From Methanomicrobiales archaeon (GTDB lineage Archaea; Halobacteriota; Methanomicrobia; Methanomicrobiales; Methanospirillaceae), in NCBI GenBank assembly GCA_037137755.1, contig JBAXJR010000004.1, positions 28,727 through 92,726 on the forward strand: 64,000 bases of DNA. The letters are read 5' to 3'. Each line of letters opens with the position of its first letter. The stretch's first letter is position 1. The translations under genes were made by a program, and so were the position numbers. A model generated the notes under the pieces. That model saw nothing but the letters and a program-made list of their open reading frames with translations, was not told where the DNA came from and made no database searches. Below, piece by piece: positions 1 through 10,556 of the stretch.

Positions 1-779
1 GAAACGGCTATATCTCCTTCTTCGGCGACAATATTTGCCGTATTCATGTTCAGTGAGTGACGCCCGTTGAACTCGTCCACAAGGGCGTAATAGATATTAT
101 ACACCATTCCTGGTGTCAGGCGTTCTTTTCCCTCCTCTTTCCAGGTAACAAATTTTACGGTGCCCGTCTCATCCCCGAGAAGACCTGACTGCAGCATCCG
201 GTCGTGGGTGACATCCCATTCCTGTATCATCTTCGCCCTGACGCTGGCAACACCTGCCGCCAGTTCGGCTATGGGAGTTATGACCGGGATTATTACCCCG
301 TCACCTTCGAGCTCCTTCACGGTTGTCCCGGAGTGGACTTTCAGGCTGAGGGCCCCCTTGAACTCATCAACTACCGCGGACTCAAAGCGGTACCACGAGT
401 CCTTTTTGATCTCCGGTACCGATGCCTTTGACCAGACTACAAACCGGATCGCTCCTGAAGCGTCTGCGATAATCCCTGAGTAGGCGATCGATGGCGAGGG
501 TGAACTGCCAAGTGCAACGACCTTCCCCTCAATAGTGACCCATTCTTCCGGGCTGACCGAGTTGATCTGCTTCTGATCACCGGGACCCGCGGCACCACCG
601 AGCTGGATGCCATAATCGCGTGCAATATCGTACAATACGGTCCGCTCGGCATCAGCCGGCTGAACCCCGAACTCCTCAATAAGGCGGCGCAGTTTCTGCT
701 CAATCTTTGCTTTATCTGCCGCATGTCCTTTTGACTCAATTTTTTGGGAGATTCTGTCAACAATCTGGGAAATATCCAT
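1..779 (-). CDS. Replication protein A / multi-OB-fold ssDNA-binding protein (3' end runs off window)
   Basis: Not in ORF track. Manual translation from ATG 779: MDISQIVDRISQKIESKG...WVTIEGKVV...SGIIADASGAIRFVVWS...QSGLLGDETGTVKFVTW, with two OB-fold 'D.TG.I.F..W' motifs. Confidence 0.85.
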   Translation of the reverse strand, partial: MDISQIVDRISQKIESKGHAADKAKIEQKLRRLIEEFGVQPADAERTVLYDIARDYGIQLGGAAGPGDQKQINSVSPEEWVTIEGKVVALGSSPSPSIAYSGIIADASGAIRFVVWSKASVPEIKKDSWYRFESAVVDEFKGALSLKVHSGTTVKELEGDGVIIPVITPIAELAAGVASVRAKMIQEWDVTHDRMLQSGLLGDETGTVKFVTWKEEGKERLTPGMVYNIYYALVDEFNGRHSLNMNTANIVAEEGDIAV

Positions 780-923
780 TTTACATCTCCAGTTACATGT
801 TCACCCGGTACCGCATATTAATGGTGGTCGGATGCGCAGGGTGAAACTGATCGGTACTACCTTCCGTGGAGATCACCTGCCATAAGTCACAGGTTTAAGT
901 ACCGGAATAGTGAATAGTACCGT

Positions 924-1115
924 ATGACAATAACAGCAGACAGCACCATCTATGATCTTCTAAAAGCCAAACCAGAATCATCCGAGGTCTTATTCAAGTT
1001 TGGAATGGGTTGCGTCGGATGTGCGATAGCCCGCGGGGAAACGGTCCGTGAGGCAGCCGAGGCTCATGGTGTCCCGCTGGACGAACTCGTCGCAGCACTT
1101 GGGATCTCAAAATAA
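924..1115 (+). CDS. DUF1858 small protein (hybrid-cluster-associated redox disulfide domain)
   Basis: 63 aa; FGMGCVGCAIARGETVREAAEAHG matches the family pattern. Confidence 0.85.
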   Translation: MTITADSTIYDLLKAKPESSEVLFKFGMGCVGCAIARGETVREAAEAHGVPLDELVAALGISK

Positions 1116-1991
1116 ATCCTGTTTTTTAACCCTGTTTTGTTCATTTTTTTTCATCTCCCCAAGCGAGGCTTCCGGGTGACTCCGGAGATAATCTGCCTGT
1201 TCCGGTGAATGAAGAAGTGTGCATCTGCTGCAGTTCCAGACGGTGCCGCCGTTTGAACCGTTTACCCACTGGCCAAGGGTTTCATCTTTACAGGGGTAAA
1301 ACGGGCAATAACAGTAATCACATCGCTGGCCGGGAAAATGGCACGGATAATAGGGGCATTCCCCGGGACGCCACAGGACAAAGTGACCGCCTCCCAGCCG
1401 GGAATAAACATACAGGGCCGGACCGTTTCCACGGTCTTCCTTATGTAATGCATGCGGAAGACCGAACAGGATGCTCTCATACACGCGCCAACCCGCCTCT
1501 GATTGAAGTCCTGCCTCCTTGTGGCGGGACTCCCCTTCGGATGCCACCATGACATGGTCATCTGTTGTGGACGATACCGGAAGCCCCATGTTGATGAGGG
1601 CCATCGCTTTTGCACTGGTTACGGTAACGATCATCTGCAGGAGTGCATTCTCTGCAAGTCCTTCCCCCGAATATGCTATTATCGCGACCTGGTCCGGCTG
1701 GTCGTCAACACCGGCGGAGGCCTGGATAAAGACGGTGGTATAATCGTACTGGACAATACAAAGACGCCTGATATCATTTCCCGCAACCAAGCCGAAAAAA
1801 TCCACTGGAAGGCCCTCACGGCTGACCTGGCGTGTTATCTCCCTGCATGGGTCCCCATGCGGCACATGAGTCTCTCCGGGGCTGTAAAGTACTACCGTTG
1901 ACACGGGACAAAGGCCACCGCAGGGTCCGGTACTCGCGGCAGAAAATGGGCCCCTGATAAAAAGAGTATCCTTCCTGGTATAATATCTCAT
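1107..1991 (-). CDS. CbiZ-like (adenosylcobinamide amidohydrolase family) domain fused to a C-terminal cysteine-rich small domain; motifs degenerate
   Basis: N-terminal ASTG..GG motif and CbiZ-like layout; C-terminal CPYYPCHF..QRCDYCYCPFYPC...WNCSRCTLLH. Confidence 0.7.
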   Translation of the reverse strand: MRYYTRKDTLFIRGPFSAASTGPCGGLCPVSTVVLYSPGETHVPHGDPCREITRQVSREGLPVDFFGLVAGNDIRRLCIVQYDYTTVFIQASAGVDDQPDQVAIIAYSGEGLAENALLQMIVTVTSAKAMALINMGLPVSSTTDDHVMVASEGESRHKEAGLQSEAGWRVYESILFGLPHALHKEDRGNGPALYVYSRLGGGHFVLWRPGECPYYPCHFPGQRCDYCYCPFYPCKDETLGQWVNGSNGGTVWNCSRCTLLHSPEQADYLRSHPEASLGEMKKNEQNRVKKQDLF

Positions 1992-2009
1992 GAAAACCCA
2001 GGGTTTCGT

Positions 2010-2372
2010 TTATGCTACGGTATAACGGACCCGGTCCTTCAATTCCTGCTGTTTACCCGCATTCCATCCGGAAACGTCCTGGAGGTAACCGGTGACCCGG
2101 CTTATCTGGACGACATCGTGAGACCCGCATTCCGGGCAGACGGCGGCCCGGCAGAGCGGGCAATAATCGATCCCGGAAAGGATCTCGTGGGAGCAGTGAC
2201 AGTGGTCAAGGGGGCACATAATTTCGAGGTGTTCCTCGCCACACTTCGGGCACGGTGTCTCATCGACAATAAGGTGGCAGGTATGACACTTGTATCTGCG
2301 TTCGGCTCCGGGAATATCTTCGAGGTGCGGGTATTTTTCTGCAATTTTTCTCTGGTCTGCGGTCCAATCCAT
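2010..2372 (-). CDS. Stand-alone NrdD C-terminal (Zn-ribbon + glycyl-radical loop) protein
   Basis: Four CxxC pairs plus CPLDHCHC; ends [32 protein letters not shown], the class III RNR C-terminal signature. Confidence 0.8.
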   Translation of the reverse strand: MDWTADQRKIAEKYPHLEDIPGAERRYKCHTCHLIVDETPCPKCGEEHLEIMCPLDHCHCSHEILSGIDYCPLCRAAVCPECGSHDVVQISRVTGYLQDVSGWNAGKQQELKDRVRYTVA

Positions 2373-2479
2373 ACTATCAGATAGAATGCCATCCTTTTAA
2401 ACTTTTAGACCGTTCAGGGAGAGTTTCCGCCTCAGTTAACTCATAGGGTTCATCTTTTTTTATCAGTCTTCCTTTCTCA

Positions 2480-3115
2480 TCATTGGCGGATACCTGCAAA
2501 CTGTAATACAGCTTCTTCCGGATCTTCTGCTTCGTAGATAGCCCGGCCGATAATAATCCCATCCACAATCCCTGCAATTGATGAAATATCTCCTCCCTGT
2601 GCCCCTACACCAGGGGAATAAATTTTCAGATCGCCGATAAGCCCCTTCAGGGTAGCAACGCGCTCAGGCCTGGTTGCCGGGGCAATAATGCCCTCCGCCC
2701 CGCACTCTTTCGCGAGTACGGCAATCCTCTCTGCGATGCCACCATGAAAGAATTCTGTGGCCCCTGGATGGCTCATCTCGGTCACCACGAAGCAGTCACC
2801 GCCGTACTCCCTGGCAACCTCAACGCACGCGGTGACGGAGTCACGGCCGGTAAAACCGTGGCTGATCAATGCGTCATAACCTGACGTGAATACCTCTTCT
2901 GCGATAAGCCTGCTGGTATTGGGGATGTCTGCAACTTTAAAATCTGCGATCAGGGGGAGGTCAAGGTCGCCAAGTTCTTCGGCAACTGAAAGCCCGGCTG
3001 CCAGGACGAGGGGATAGCCCACCTTCACCGCATCAATATGCGGTGCGCAGCGGGTGGCAATTGCTATTGCTTTGCGTTTGTCCGTCACATCGAGTGCGAG
3101 TATCAGCGAGGTCAT
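2480..3115 (-). CDS. pyrF: Orotidine-5'-phosphate decarboxylase
   Basis: LILALD, VKVG, DFKVADIPNT, SPGVGAQGG and IIGRAIY motifs; ATG 3115 overlaps the dhys stop. Confidence 0.95.
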   Translation of the reverse strand: MTSLILALDVTDKRKAIAIATRCAPHIDAVKVGYPLVLAAGLSVAEELGDLDLPLIADFKVADIPNTSRLIAEEVFTSGYDALISHGFTGRDSVTACVEVAREYGGDCFVVTEMSHPGATEFFHGGIAERIAVLAKECGAEGIIAPATRPERVATLKGLIGDLKIYSPGVGAQGGDISSIAGIVDGIIIGRAIYEAEDPEEAVLQFAGIRQ

Positions 3116-4056
3116 GATTCCAGCCTCTCGAGCACCGCTGCAACCATGAACGGGAGGAGGACCGTTGCATCGCCATAGACCGTCACGGCTGATGCCTCCT
3201 CGGTGATCTTGCCCCATGAACGGGCCTCATCAAGCGTGGCCCCTGAAAGGCCGCCGAGGTCAGGGCGGTCACCTGTCAGCTGGACCGCGTGGGAGAAACC
3301 GTTCTCGGTCATAAGCATACTCTGCAGGATATAATTTTTCGGCACGCCACCCCCGACAAGCATTGCTCCTGCTTTTTTTGCCGTAAAGCAGCGGTCGAGC
3401 AACATCGGCATATCCTTAAACGCGTCCACGGTGACGTGTCCGGTCTGGGAAAACAACCAGTACTGGAGACCTATCATGGAGTCCTGGATTGCAGGACAGA
3501 ATACCGGGACCGATCTGTTTGAAGCTGTTGCAAGGATACCGGAGTCGAGACGCGACCCGATATGGGTGAGCAGCTCGCTTATTGAGACCGTTGTTCCCTC
3601 CGGGAGCTCCGAATAAATCCCCTGCATGAACTCTTCAAATTTGATAAACGCGTTGTTCGGGAGGTAGACATCGTAGATCCGGTTTATCTCCTCGTGCCTC
3701 AGTTCTACGTCCGAACATCCGGCATCGCCGTGGTAATGGCGGCAGCCGATCGCCTCGATAATGTCGTGGGTAAGGTTCGCGCCGGTCGAGACAAGGACGT
3801 CGATATGTCCTGCTTCTATAAGATCCCTGACTATCCCGCCCATGCCCGCAGGCACCATGGCCCCCGCAAGACCAAAAAATTTCGTTACATCGGGGTCACG
3901 GAGCATTTTTTCGTAAATGCAGACGGCACGGTACAGTGCACCGCCATTGTATGCTCCCGCCTGCCCCATCTGTTCGGCAAGTTCTCCTACGGTCATTCCT
4001 GCTTTCAGGCATACCTGCCTGACCGGCACACGGCATTCGTGACTCAATGGACTCAC
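3112..4056 (-). CDS. dys: Deoxyhypusine synthase
   Basis: STGANLTHD, GGGVPKN and GGLSGATLDEARSWGK (catalytic Lys). Confidence 0.93.
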   Translation of the reverse strand: MSPLSHECRVPVRQVCLKAGMTVGELAEQMGQAGAYNGGALYRAVCIYEKMLRDPDVTKFFGLAGAMVPAGMGGIVRDLIEAGHIDVLVSTGANLTHDIIEAIGCRHYHGDAGCSDVELRHEEINRIYDVYLPNNAFIKFEEFMQGIYSELPEGTTVSISELLTHIGSRLDSGILATASNRSVPVFCPAIQDSMIGLQYWLFSQTGHVTVDAFKDMPMLLDRCFTAKKAGAMLVGGGVPKNYILQSMLMTENGFSHAVQLTGDRPDLGGLSGATLDEARSWGKITEEASAVTVYGDATVLLPFMVAAVLERLES

Positions 4057-4126
4057 CAGATACTGGTGAATTTATTGATCGCGTCCAAGCATAACACCTT
4101 CCCGTTTTGATGGCCTGCACCGGGGG

Positions 4127-5341
4127 TCACGGGCCCCGGCAGAGTGGTTTTGCCAGATGCCTGCGGGCGATTGGCGGGACTTCATACCACCCGGGGGTGA
4201 TCGCCCGATCATGAAAGGTGATTTGTGGCTCTTTTTCATGTGCCCCGCATTTCCTGCACTTGTATCCTTTCTTTAAACCTGCACTGGTCATGCGGGCTCC
4301 ACAGGAAGGACATATGGGTGGCCGCGTTGTCACGGCGGGTGCAAGTGTGAGAATGCAGAGCTTTTCGAGGTTAATACTTCCCCCTTTATAGCTCCCGGTG
4401 ACGAGGACCCGGTCCCCTGACCATAATGCACGAAGGACGTTCCGGAACCCCTTGGTCGGCTCATATGCCATGCAACGGACAACTGTATCCCCGTTCCCGA
4501 TCTCGATCGAGACATGTCCCCCTCTCCCCGTTTGTGAATGGGAACACACCGTACCACTTACACGATAGGAATAGCCCTCATTGAGTCCCCCAATCTTTCC
4601 CTCAACGAGGTGCGCATCGGTACCCTGGTTTGTAACAAAAATCTGTCCGACTCCTGTCGGCTCGGATTTCACCTGCATCCTTGCGAATGCAACCCACGAC
4701 GGGCTCTCTCCACGGATCCCGAAGAGGACCGGGTCAGGTGTATGCGGGACACAGACTACGCAGTTATTTTCGACATCGACCGTATCCCAGGTGTGCGGGA
4801 AGGTGGACGCCTCGGCATCAAACAGGCTTTCCCGGTCGACAAATCTCGGGGTACCAAAGGTGTCGCTATCCCGGTATGCCAGGTATTCGTATGTCCTGTC
4901 CGGGACCACACTGCATACCGCAGCGGTTGCCCCGATAAGTCCCCTGCCATTTTTAAAGCCTTTATAGCGGGCCCCTGCGGCCTCGAGGACTGCCACCGCT
5001 TCTTCAGTGGTACAGAAGTCCCGCACTGCTTTCCAGTAAAAATCCGGTGCAGGGCGATTTTCCACGGCCACTACACCGGGATTTGTATTTTCGTGTGAAA
5101 AATGGGCAAGTCCGGCTACCATATCGCAGGCGATCTCAAACACCCGGTCTGTATCTCCATCTACCTCCAGGCAGATCGCTGCATTTCCCCGCGTCTTGTA
5201 GATCACGTTCGGGTTCAGGCGGAGGAGCCTTGCTTCCCGTACTGGCATATGCATTGTTATCAGTCGCCTGGCCAGCAGTGCCCCGAGATAGGTGGTGCAC
5301 ATGCCGGAAGGTGAATCCGTATCGTCAACGCCGAGAAGCAT
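4127..5341 (-). CDS. tiaS: tRNA(Ile2) 2-agmatinylcytidine synthetase
   Basis: GVDDTDS..GMCTTY, RLNPN...KTRGN, OB-fold, C-terminal Zn ribbon and RRHLAKP. Confidence 0.93.
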   Translation of the reverse strand: MLLGVDDTDSPSGMCTTYLGALLARRLITMHMPVREARLLRLNPNVIYKTRGNAAICLEVDGDTDRVFEIACDMVAGLAHFSHENTNPGVVAVENRPAPDFYWKAVRDFCTTEEAVAVLEAAGARYKGFKNGRGLIGATAAVCSVVPDRTYEYLAYRDSDTFGTPRFVDRESLFDAEASTFPHTWDTVDVENNCVVCVPHTPDPVLFGIRGESPSWVAFARMQVKSEPTGVGQIFVTNQGTDAHLVEGKIGGLNEGYSYRVSGTVCSHSQTGRGGHVSIEIGNGDTVVRCMAYEPTKGFRNVLRALWSGDRVLVTGSYKGGSINLEKLCILTLAPAVTTRPPICPSCGARMTSAGLKKGYKCRKCGAHEKEPQITFHDRAITPGWYEVPPIARRHLAKPLCRGP

Positions 5342-5394
5342 GCAAATAACCTATTATTTATTGTATCACGTACTAAATCCATTCCTAACGGTAA

Positions 5395-6309
5395 ATGACA
5401 CAGGACCGGCTCCTCCAGATGGTCATCAGCGTGATGATCTCGGGGGGTTATCTCGTCTCCGAACGGTTCAGCATGCGGCCGAGGAGTTTTGATCTCATCG
5501 CGAGCAACGGGAAGATGACGCTCGCGATAAAAGTCGTGTCCCACATTGATAGTGTCAGCGAGGATACAGCTTCCGACCTTGAGCTGGTCGCACGCCATCT
5601 CAAGGGTTCTGCGATTATTATCGGAGAGCGGGCAAGGGATGCGGAACTCGAGCGTGGCGCCGTATATCTCCGGTACGGGATCTATGCGATCAGCGTTTCA
5701 ACGCTCTACGATTACGTGGTCGAGGCGATCCCACCACTGATTTATGCATCGCCCGGGGGGCTTTACGTCGCGATTAATGGAGATGCACTCCGTGAGCAGA
5801 GGGAACGGCGTTGCATGTCGCTCGGGGACCTCGGCCATCTCCTCGGGGTATCCAGGCGGACGATCAGCAAGTATGAAAGCGGTATGGGGACAACGCTCGA
5901 AGTTGCCCAGAAGATAGAAGAACTGTTCGACAGCGGGCTCGTGCAGTCCATCGACCTGCTTCAGCCGCACGGGGAGTCCAAAGAACGGGTGGAAAACCCT
6001 GTCAGGGAGGTGCCGATGAGTTTCCTCGAGCAAATCGGGATGAAACTGCATACCCTCCAGCGGGCACCGTTCCAGGCCCTCATCACCTTCCATGACCACA
6101 CGATCCTGACAGGATATGGCACGGCTGATCGTGTAGTAAGGCGCGCTGCATTGATCGGGAACATCTCACAGGTGACTGGTACCAGGGCCATGTGCGTCCT
6201 CACCGATTACTATAAACAGAAAAAAATCGGGAAAACCCTGGTTATCGGTGAGGAACGCCTCCATCACATTGCAGACGGCGAAGAACTGATCGAAATGATC
6301 GATAAGTGA
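5395..6309 (+). CDS. Archaeal HTH (XRE-type) transcriptional regulator
   Basis: [22 protein letters not shown] helix-turn-helix; RPRSFDL and PGGLYV motifs. Confidence 0.85.
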   Translation: MTQDRLLQMVISVMISGGYLVSERFSMRPRSFDLIASNGKMTLAIKVVSHIDSVSEDTASDLELVARHLKGSAIIIGERARDAELERGAVYLRYGIYAISVSTLYDYVVEAIPPLIYASPGGLYVAINGDALREQRERRCMSLGDLGHLLGVSRRTISKYESGMGTTLEVAQKIEELFDSGLVQSIDLLQPHGESKERVENPVREVPMSFLEQIGMKLHTLQRAPFQALITFHDHTILTGYGTADRVVRRAALIGNISQVTGTRAMCVLTDYYKQKKIGKTLVIGEERLHHIADGEELIEMIDK

Positions 6310-6363
6310 CAATGTTTATATAGAACCACAAACCAACTTTTACCGCTCAAAGTGGTGAAAACT

Positions 6364-8019
6364 ATGTCACAACAGCTTGGAGGACAACCGATTCTGATTC
6401 TAAAAGAGGGTAGTTCACGTACCCGCGGCCGCGATGCCCAGGGCATGAACATTACTGCTGCCAAGGCAGTAGCAAGTGCAGTACGCACCACTCTCGGTCC
6501 AAAAGGAATGGACAAGATGCTCGTCGACACCATCGGGGATGTCGTCATCACCAATGACGGTGTGACCATTCTCAAAGAGATGGACATCGAGCACCCAGCG
6601 GCAAAGATGATGGTCGAGGTCGCGAAGACCCAGGATGACGAAGTAGGCGATGGGACAACCACAGCCGTCGTTATAGCAGGCGAACTCCTGAAACGTGCGG
6701 AAGACCTCCTTGAACAGGACGTCCACCCAACCGTTATTGCAGCAGGGTACCGCATGGCCGCCGAAAAGGCACAGGAGATCTTAAAAGAGATTGCCATCAC
6801 CATCAAGCCCGGTGACATTGCAATGCTCAAGAAGATCGCCGAGACCGCCATGACCGGTAAGGGCGCAGAAGCATCAAAAGACAAGCTCTGTGACCTCGTC
6901 GTCAAGGCAGTCACTATGGTTGCGGACGCAGACGGCACAGTCGACACCGATTATATCAAGGTGGAGAAGAAAGTCGGCGGTTCAATCGACGATTCCGAGA
7001 TTGTTGAGGGAGTCCTGATTGACAAGGAGAGAGTCCACCCTGCAATGCCCAAGAAGGTAACCAAGGCAAAGATCCTCCTCCTTAACGCAGCAGTCGAGTT
7101 CAAGAAGACCGAAGTCGACGCAGAGATCAATATTACAAGCCCCGACCAGCTCCAGGCATTCCTCGACGAAGAGGAACGCATGATCCGGAACATCGTCGAT
7201 AAGGTTGCAGCGAGCGGCGCAAACGTGCTCTTCTGCCAGAAGGGTATCGATGACATCGCACAGCACTACCTCTCAAAGGCAGGTATCTTTGCGGTACGCC
7301 GTGTCAAGAAGAGCGACATGGAGAAACTCGGTCGTGCGACAGGTGCAAACCTTGTCTCAAGTATCGATGCCATCTCCAAGGAAGAGCTCGGACACGCCGG
7401 CCTCGTCGAGGAGAAGAAGGTATCCGGCGAAGAGATGATCTTTGTCGAACAGTGTAAGAACCCGAAGGCAGTATCGATCATTATCCGCGGTGGCACTGAG
7501 CATGTCGTCGACGAACTTGACCGTGCCATGGAAGATGCACTCCGCGTCGTCAGCGTTGTCGTTGAAGATGGAAAGTGCGTTGCCGGTGGCGGAGCACCCG
7601 AGACAGAACTCTCGCTCCGTCTCCGTGAGTATGCCGCAAGTGTTGGTGGCCGTGCACAGCTCGCCATCGAGGCATTTGCAAATGCACTCGAGATCATCCC
7701 GAGGACTCTTGCAGAGAATGCAGGACTCGACCCGATCGACATGCTTGTCGAGATCCGTGCAGCCCACGAGAAGGGCAAGAAGACTTTCGGCCTCGATGTA
7801 TTCGAAGGCAAGACTGTCGACATGCAGAAGGCCGGCGTCGTCGAGCCCCTGCGTGTAAAGACCCAGGCAATTGCCAGCGCTGCAGAAGCAGCCATCATGA
7901 TCCTCAGGATCGATGATGTAATCGCCTCATCCAAATCTGCAGCCCCTGAAGGCATGCCACCAGGTGGCATGGGTGGAATGGGCGGCATGGGTGACATGGG
8001 CGGAATGGGCGACTATTAA
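6364..8019 (+). CDS. ths: Thermosome (group II chaperonin) subunit
   Basis: [15 protein letters not shown] and GDGTTT motifs; GGM-rich tail. Confidence 0.97.
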   Translation: MSQQLGGQPILILKEGSSRTRGRDAQGMNITAAKAVASAVRTTLGPKGMDKMLVDTIGDVVITNDGVTILKEMDIEHPAAKMMVEVAKTQDDEVGDGTTTAVVIAGELLKRAEDLLEQDVHPTVIAAGYRMAAEKAQEILKEIAITIKPGDIAMLKKIAETAMTGKGAEASKDKLCDLVVKAVTMVADADGTVDTDYIKVEKKVGGSIDDSEIVEGVLIDKERVHPAMPKKVTKAKILLLNAAVEFKKTEVDAEINITSPDQLQAFLDEEERMIRNIVDKVAASGANVLFCQKGIDDIAQHYLSKAGIFAVRRVKKSDMEKLGRATGANLVSSIDAISKEELGHAGLVEEKKVSGEEMIFVEQCKNPKAVSIIIRGGTEHVVDELDRAMEDALRVVSVVVEDGKCVAGGGAPETELSLRLREYAASVGGRAQLAIEAFANALEIIPRTLAENAGLDPIDMLVEIRAAHEKGKKTFGLDVFEGKTVDMQKAGVVEPLRVKTQAIASAAEAAIMILRIDDVIASSKSAAPEGMPPGGMGGMGGMGDMGGMGDY

Positions 8020-8075
8020 ATCCATTTCCCTAATATCTTTTTAATCCTGACTGTTACCGGTACCAGACCGGATTT

Positions 8076-8834
8076 TTAATTTTTTGCAACAGGTTGAATT
8101 TCCTGCAAAACTTTTCGCGACAGATAACTGGCGTAAATATCAGGACATATAAAAATTCCTGTCAATCTACCGTTATCTTCCAGGACCGACAGGGACTCCC
8201 GGCGGTCAGCCATCAATAACAATTTCATCGAGAGCCCGATGTTTTCTCCCTCTTCGTGTTGAAAGAGGGACACCGCAATATCACTCCCGCCAACATAGCA
8301 TTTTATTGGAGCAAATCCGGCAAGTTCCTTTCTTCCGACAACAAGATACACAGGAACCCGTTTTGCCGCACGTGAAATATCACGGCCATACCTGGTGAGA
8401 AATTCTTTATCGTTGCAGAGCAGGATAATTTCTGATTTCGCCCGACGCAGGATCATCCGAATCTGATTGTCCCTGGTCCACTCTGTAAACAGTTTATATC
8501 CCTGCATGAGCGGTTCCGGGGTTTCGGTTTCCAGGGCTTTCAGCCGCTCATACAATCCTTCAAGAGACCTCACAGATTCCCGTCTAAGCCGCTCAAACGT
8601 CTGGATGACATCAACAGGCGAGTACCGCACTGGCGACTTACTGGAAGCGACAATAAACCCTTTCCCGCCTAACGAGGTAAGTGTTTCATAGATTCTGCCA
8701 CGGGGGATTTTCGTCTGTTCGTGAATTTCACGGGCACTTGCCACCCGCAACGCTGAGAGAATCACGTACACCTTCGCCTCGTATTCACTCATCCCTATCC
8801 CTTTTAGTTGCGAAAGTAACGAGTCATCAATCAT
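8076..8834 (-). CDS. TrmB-family transcriptional regulator
   Basis: GMSEYEAKVY...IPRGRIYETL..L..KGF winged HTH; ATG 8834 preferred. Confidence 0.88.
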   Translation of the reverse strand: MIDDSLLSQLKGIGMSEYEAKVYVILSALRVASAREIHEQTKIPRGRIYETLTSLGGKGFIVASSKSPVRYSPVDVIQTFERLRRESVRSLEGLYERLKALETETPEPLMQGYKLFTEWTRDNQIRMILRRAKSEIILLCNDKEFLTRYGRDISRAAKRVPVYLVVGRKELAGFAPIKCYVGGSDIAVSLFQHEEGENIGLSMKLLLMADRRESLSVLEDNGRLTGIFICPDIYASYLSRKVLQEIQPVAKN

Positions 8835-8897
8835 ATTCTTAGCTACTATATTCAGGAGCACTTTCTTAATATCCTGTCCTTGGCGATTAGATAAGAC

Positions 8898-10154
8898 ATG
8901 ATTGCCACCCGGTTTAAACCAACAAAATGGACATTGCTTTTTCTCATGCTTGCAGCCATGATGATTCTCATGGGGGGTGCAGCGGTTGCTCCGGCTTTGC
9001 CATTAATCAGCCAGGCATTTCCCGACACCACTGATGCCTCAATCTCCTTAATTGTAACGCTTCCCGCTCTTGCAATTGCGATCACGGGAATATTCATCGG
9101 GGTTCTTTCGGATAAAGTCGGCAAAATTCCCGTCCTTGTCACCTCAGTTGTTATCTTCACCATCGCGGGAAGTTCCGGATATTATCTCACCACGATACCT
9201 GCAATATTAGCTGGCAGGTTTATCCTTGGGATCGGCATTGCCGGTATCATCTGCACCACCTCGGCCCTTATTGTCTGTTATTACGAGGGGACTACCCGCG
9301 CCCAGGTCCTCGGTTACCAGGCCGCTGCAATGGGTGTCGGGGTATTAATTCTTGAAACAAGCGGGGGATTACTTGCCGGTATTTCCTGGCGTTCATCGTT
9401 CCTTATTTACCTGCTTGGCATAGTCATTCTCGCCGGGATTCTCTTAACGATGAAAGAGCCCGCCCGGCCGGTCATTCTGGAGGGAACGGTAGAACCCGGT
9501 GAAACAGTGGCTGAAGCCAAGGAAACCATCCCTGTTATCCCCCTCGTCCTGGCAAATGCAACCCTGTTCATAGGTAACCTGCTCTTCTTCCTGATGCCTA
9601 CCAAGTTCCCCTACCTGATTGCAAATATGGATGCAGCACGGATATTAGGCGAAAATACCGCACTTACTGCCGGGTTATTCCTGGGAATCGGGGGCTGTGC
9701 CTCAGCAGTCCTGGGGATCTTTTATGGGAGAATTGCCTGGAGATTCCACCGGTACACGATCCTCACTGTTACCCTTCTTGCCTTTGGACTCGGCCTGTGC
9801 ATTCTTGGGTTTGCCACGTCTCTTGTCATGGTCGGGTGCGCAGTGATCCTGGTCGGTATCGGTGAGGGCCTTCTGATGCCGACGATCTTAACCTGGATTG
9901 CCGCAATCACACCACGGCAGTTCCTCGGGAGGGCAATGGGCGGGTTCTCAGTATCCCTTAACCTCGGCCAGTTTGCCTCCGCAATTGCCGTAGTGCCCGT
10001 CATCGCTCTTGTGGCAACATACAGTACTATGTTCATTGCATTCGGATGTGTGGCGTTGGTGCTCGCAGTGCCGTATTTTCTAGCGAGGATAAAGGAAAAA
10101 TATCACCTGGCACAAGCAAGCCAAAATAACCTGCCACTGGTAGCCCAAAAATAA
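8898..10154 (+). CDS. MFS transporter
   Basis: About 12 hydrophobic segments; motif A GVLSDKVGKIP; GRFILGIG. Confidence 0.92.
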   Translation: MIATRFKPTKWTLLFLMLAAMMILMGGAAVAPALPLISQAFPDTTDASISLIVTLPALAIAITGIFIGVLSDKVGKIPVLVTSVVIFTIAGSSGYYLTTIPAILAGRFILGIGIAGIICTTSALIVCYYEGTTRAQVLGYQAAAMGVGVLILETSGGLLAGISWRSSFLIYLLGIVILAGILLTMKEPARPVILEGTVEPGETVAEAKETIPVIPLVLANATLFIGNLLFFLMPTKFPYLIANMDAARILGENTALTAGLFLGIGGCASAVLGIFYGRIAWRFHRYTILTVTLLAFGLGLCILGFATSLVMVGCAVILVGIGEGLLMPTILTWIAAITPRQFLGRAMGGFSVSLNLGQFASAIAVVPVIALVATYSTMFIAFGCVALVLAVPYFLARIKEKYHLAQASQNNLPLVAQK

Positions 10155-10310
10155 AAGTGAAAATGGCCGGCATTCAGTATCCCATAGTATTCACCAATTT
10201 CTTTAATCCTGCGTTTCAGGTAATCATGGTCTACACTGGTTTTCGATAAAGACAAAAAGATGAAAGAATAATAGATTATCCGGAAAAACCCATAGTTATC
10301 CGGAATTGTA

Positions 10311-10556
10311 TTACTTTTCTTCGCGGACCATTGCAATTGCCTTCTTCGGGCACTCATTGGCGCAAATTCCGCACCCTTTACAGAACCCAAGGTCAATTTC
10401 GAACTCCTTGTTAATTGCCTGGTCAGGGCAGTACATCTCGCAAAGCCCGCACTGGTTACATTTTTCCTTGTCTACGACAGGCCGGAATACCCGCCATGAA
10501 CCTGTCTTGCCGCACGCACCAACCACCGGTTTACTCACCGCAAGCCGCTGCCTCAT
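10311..10556 (-). CDS. porD: 2-oxoacid:ferredoxin oxidoreductase delta subunit (2x[4Fe-4S])
   Basis: KTGSWRVFRP; CNQCGLCEMYCP and CKGCGICANECP. Confidence 0.88.
   Translation of the reverse strand: MRQRLAVSKPVVGACGKTGSWRVFRPVVDKEKCNQCGLCEMYCPDQAINKEFEIDLGFCKGCGICANECPKKAIAMVREEK

Noticed and set aside
6264-7997. Long antisense ORFs (e.g. 6264-6947, 7266-7997, 40409-41212, 30750-31382, 55034-55702)
   Set aside because: They are shadow frames opposite well-conserved genes and carry no recognisable motifs.
7960-8016. GGCATG-type tandem repeat
   Set aside because: It encodes the ordinary GGM tail of the chaperonin.
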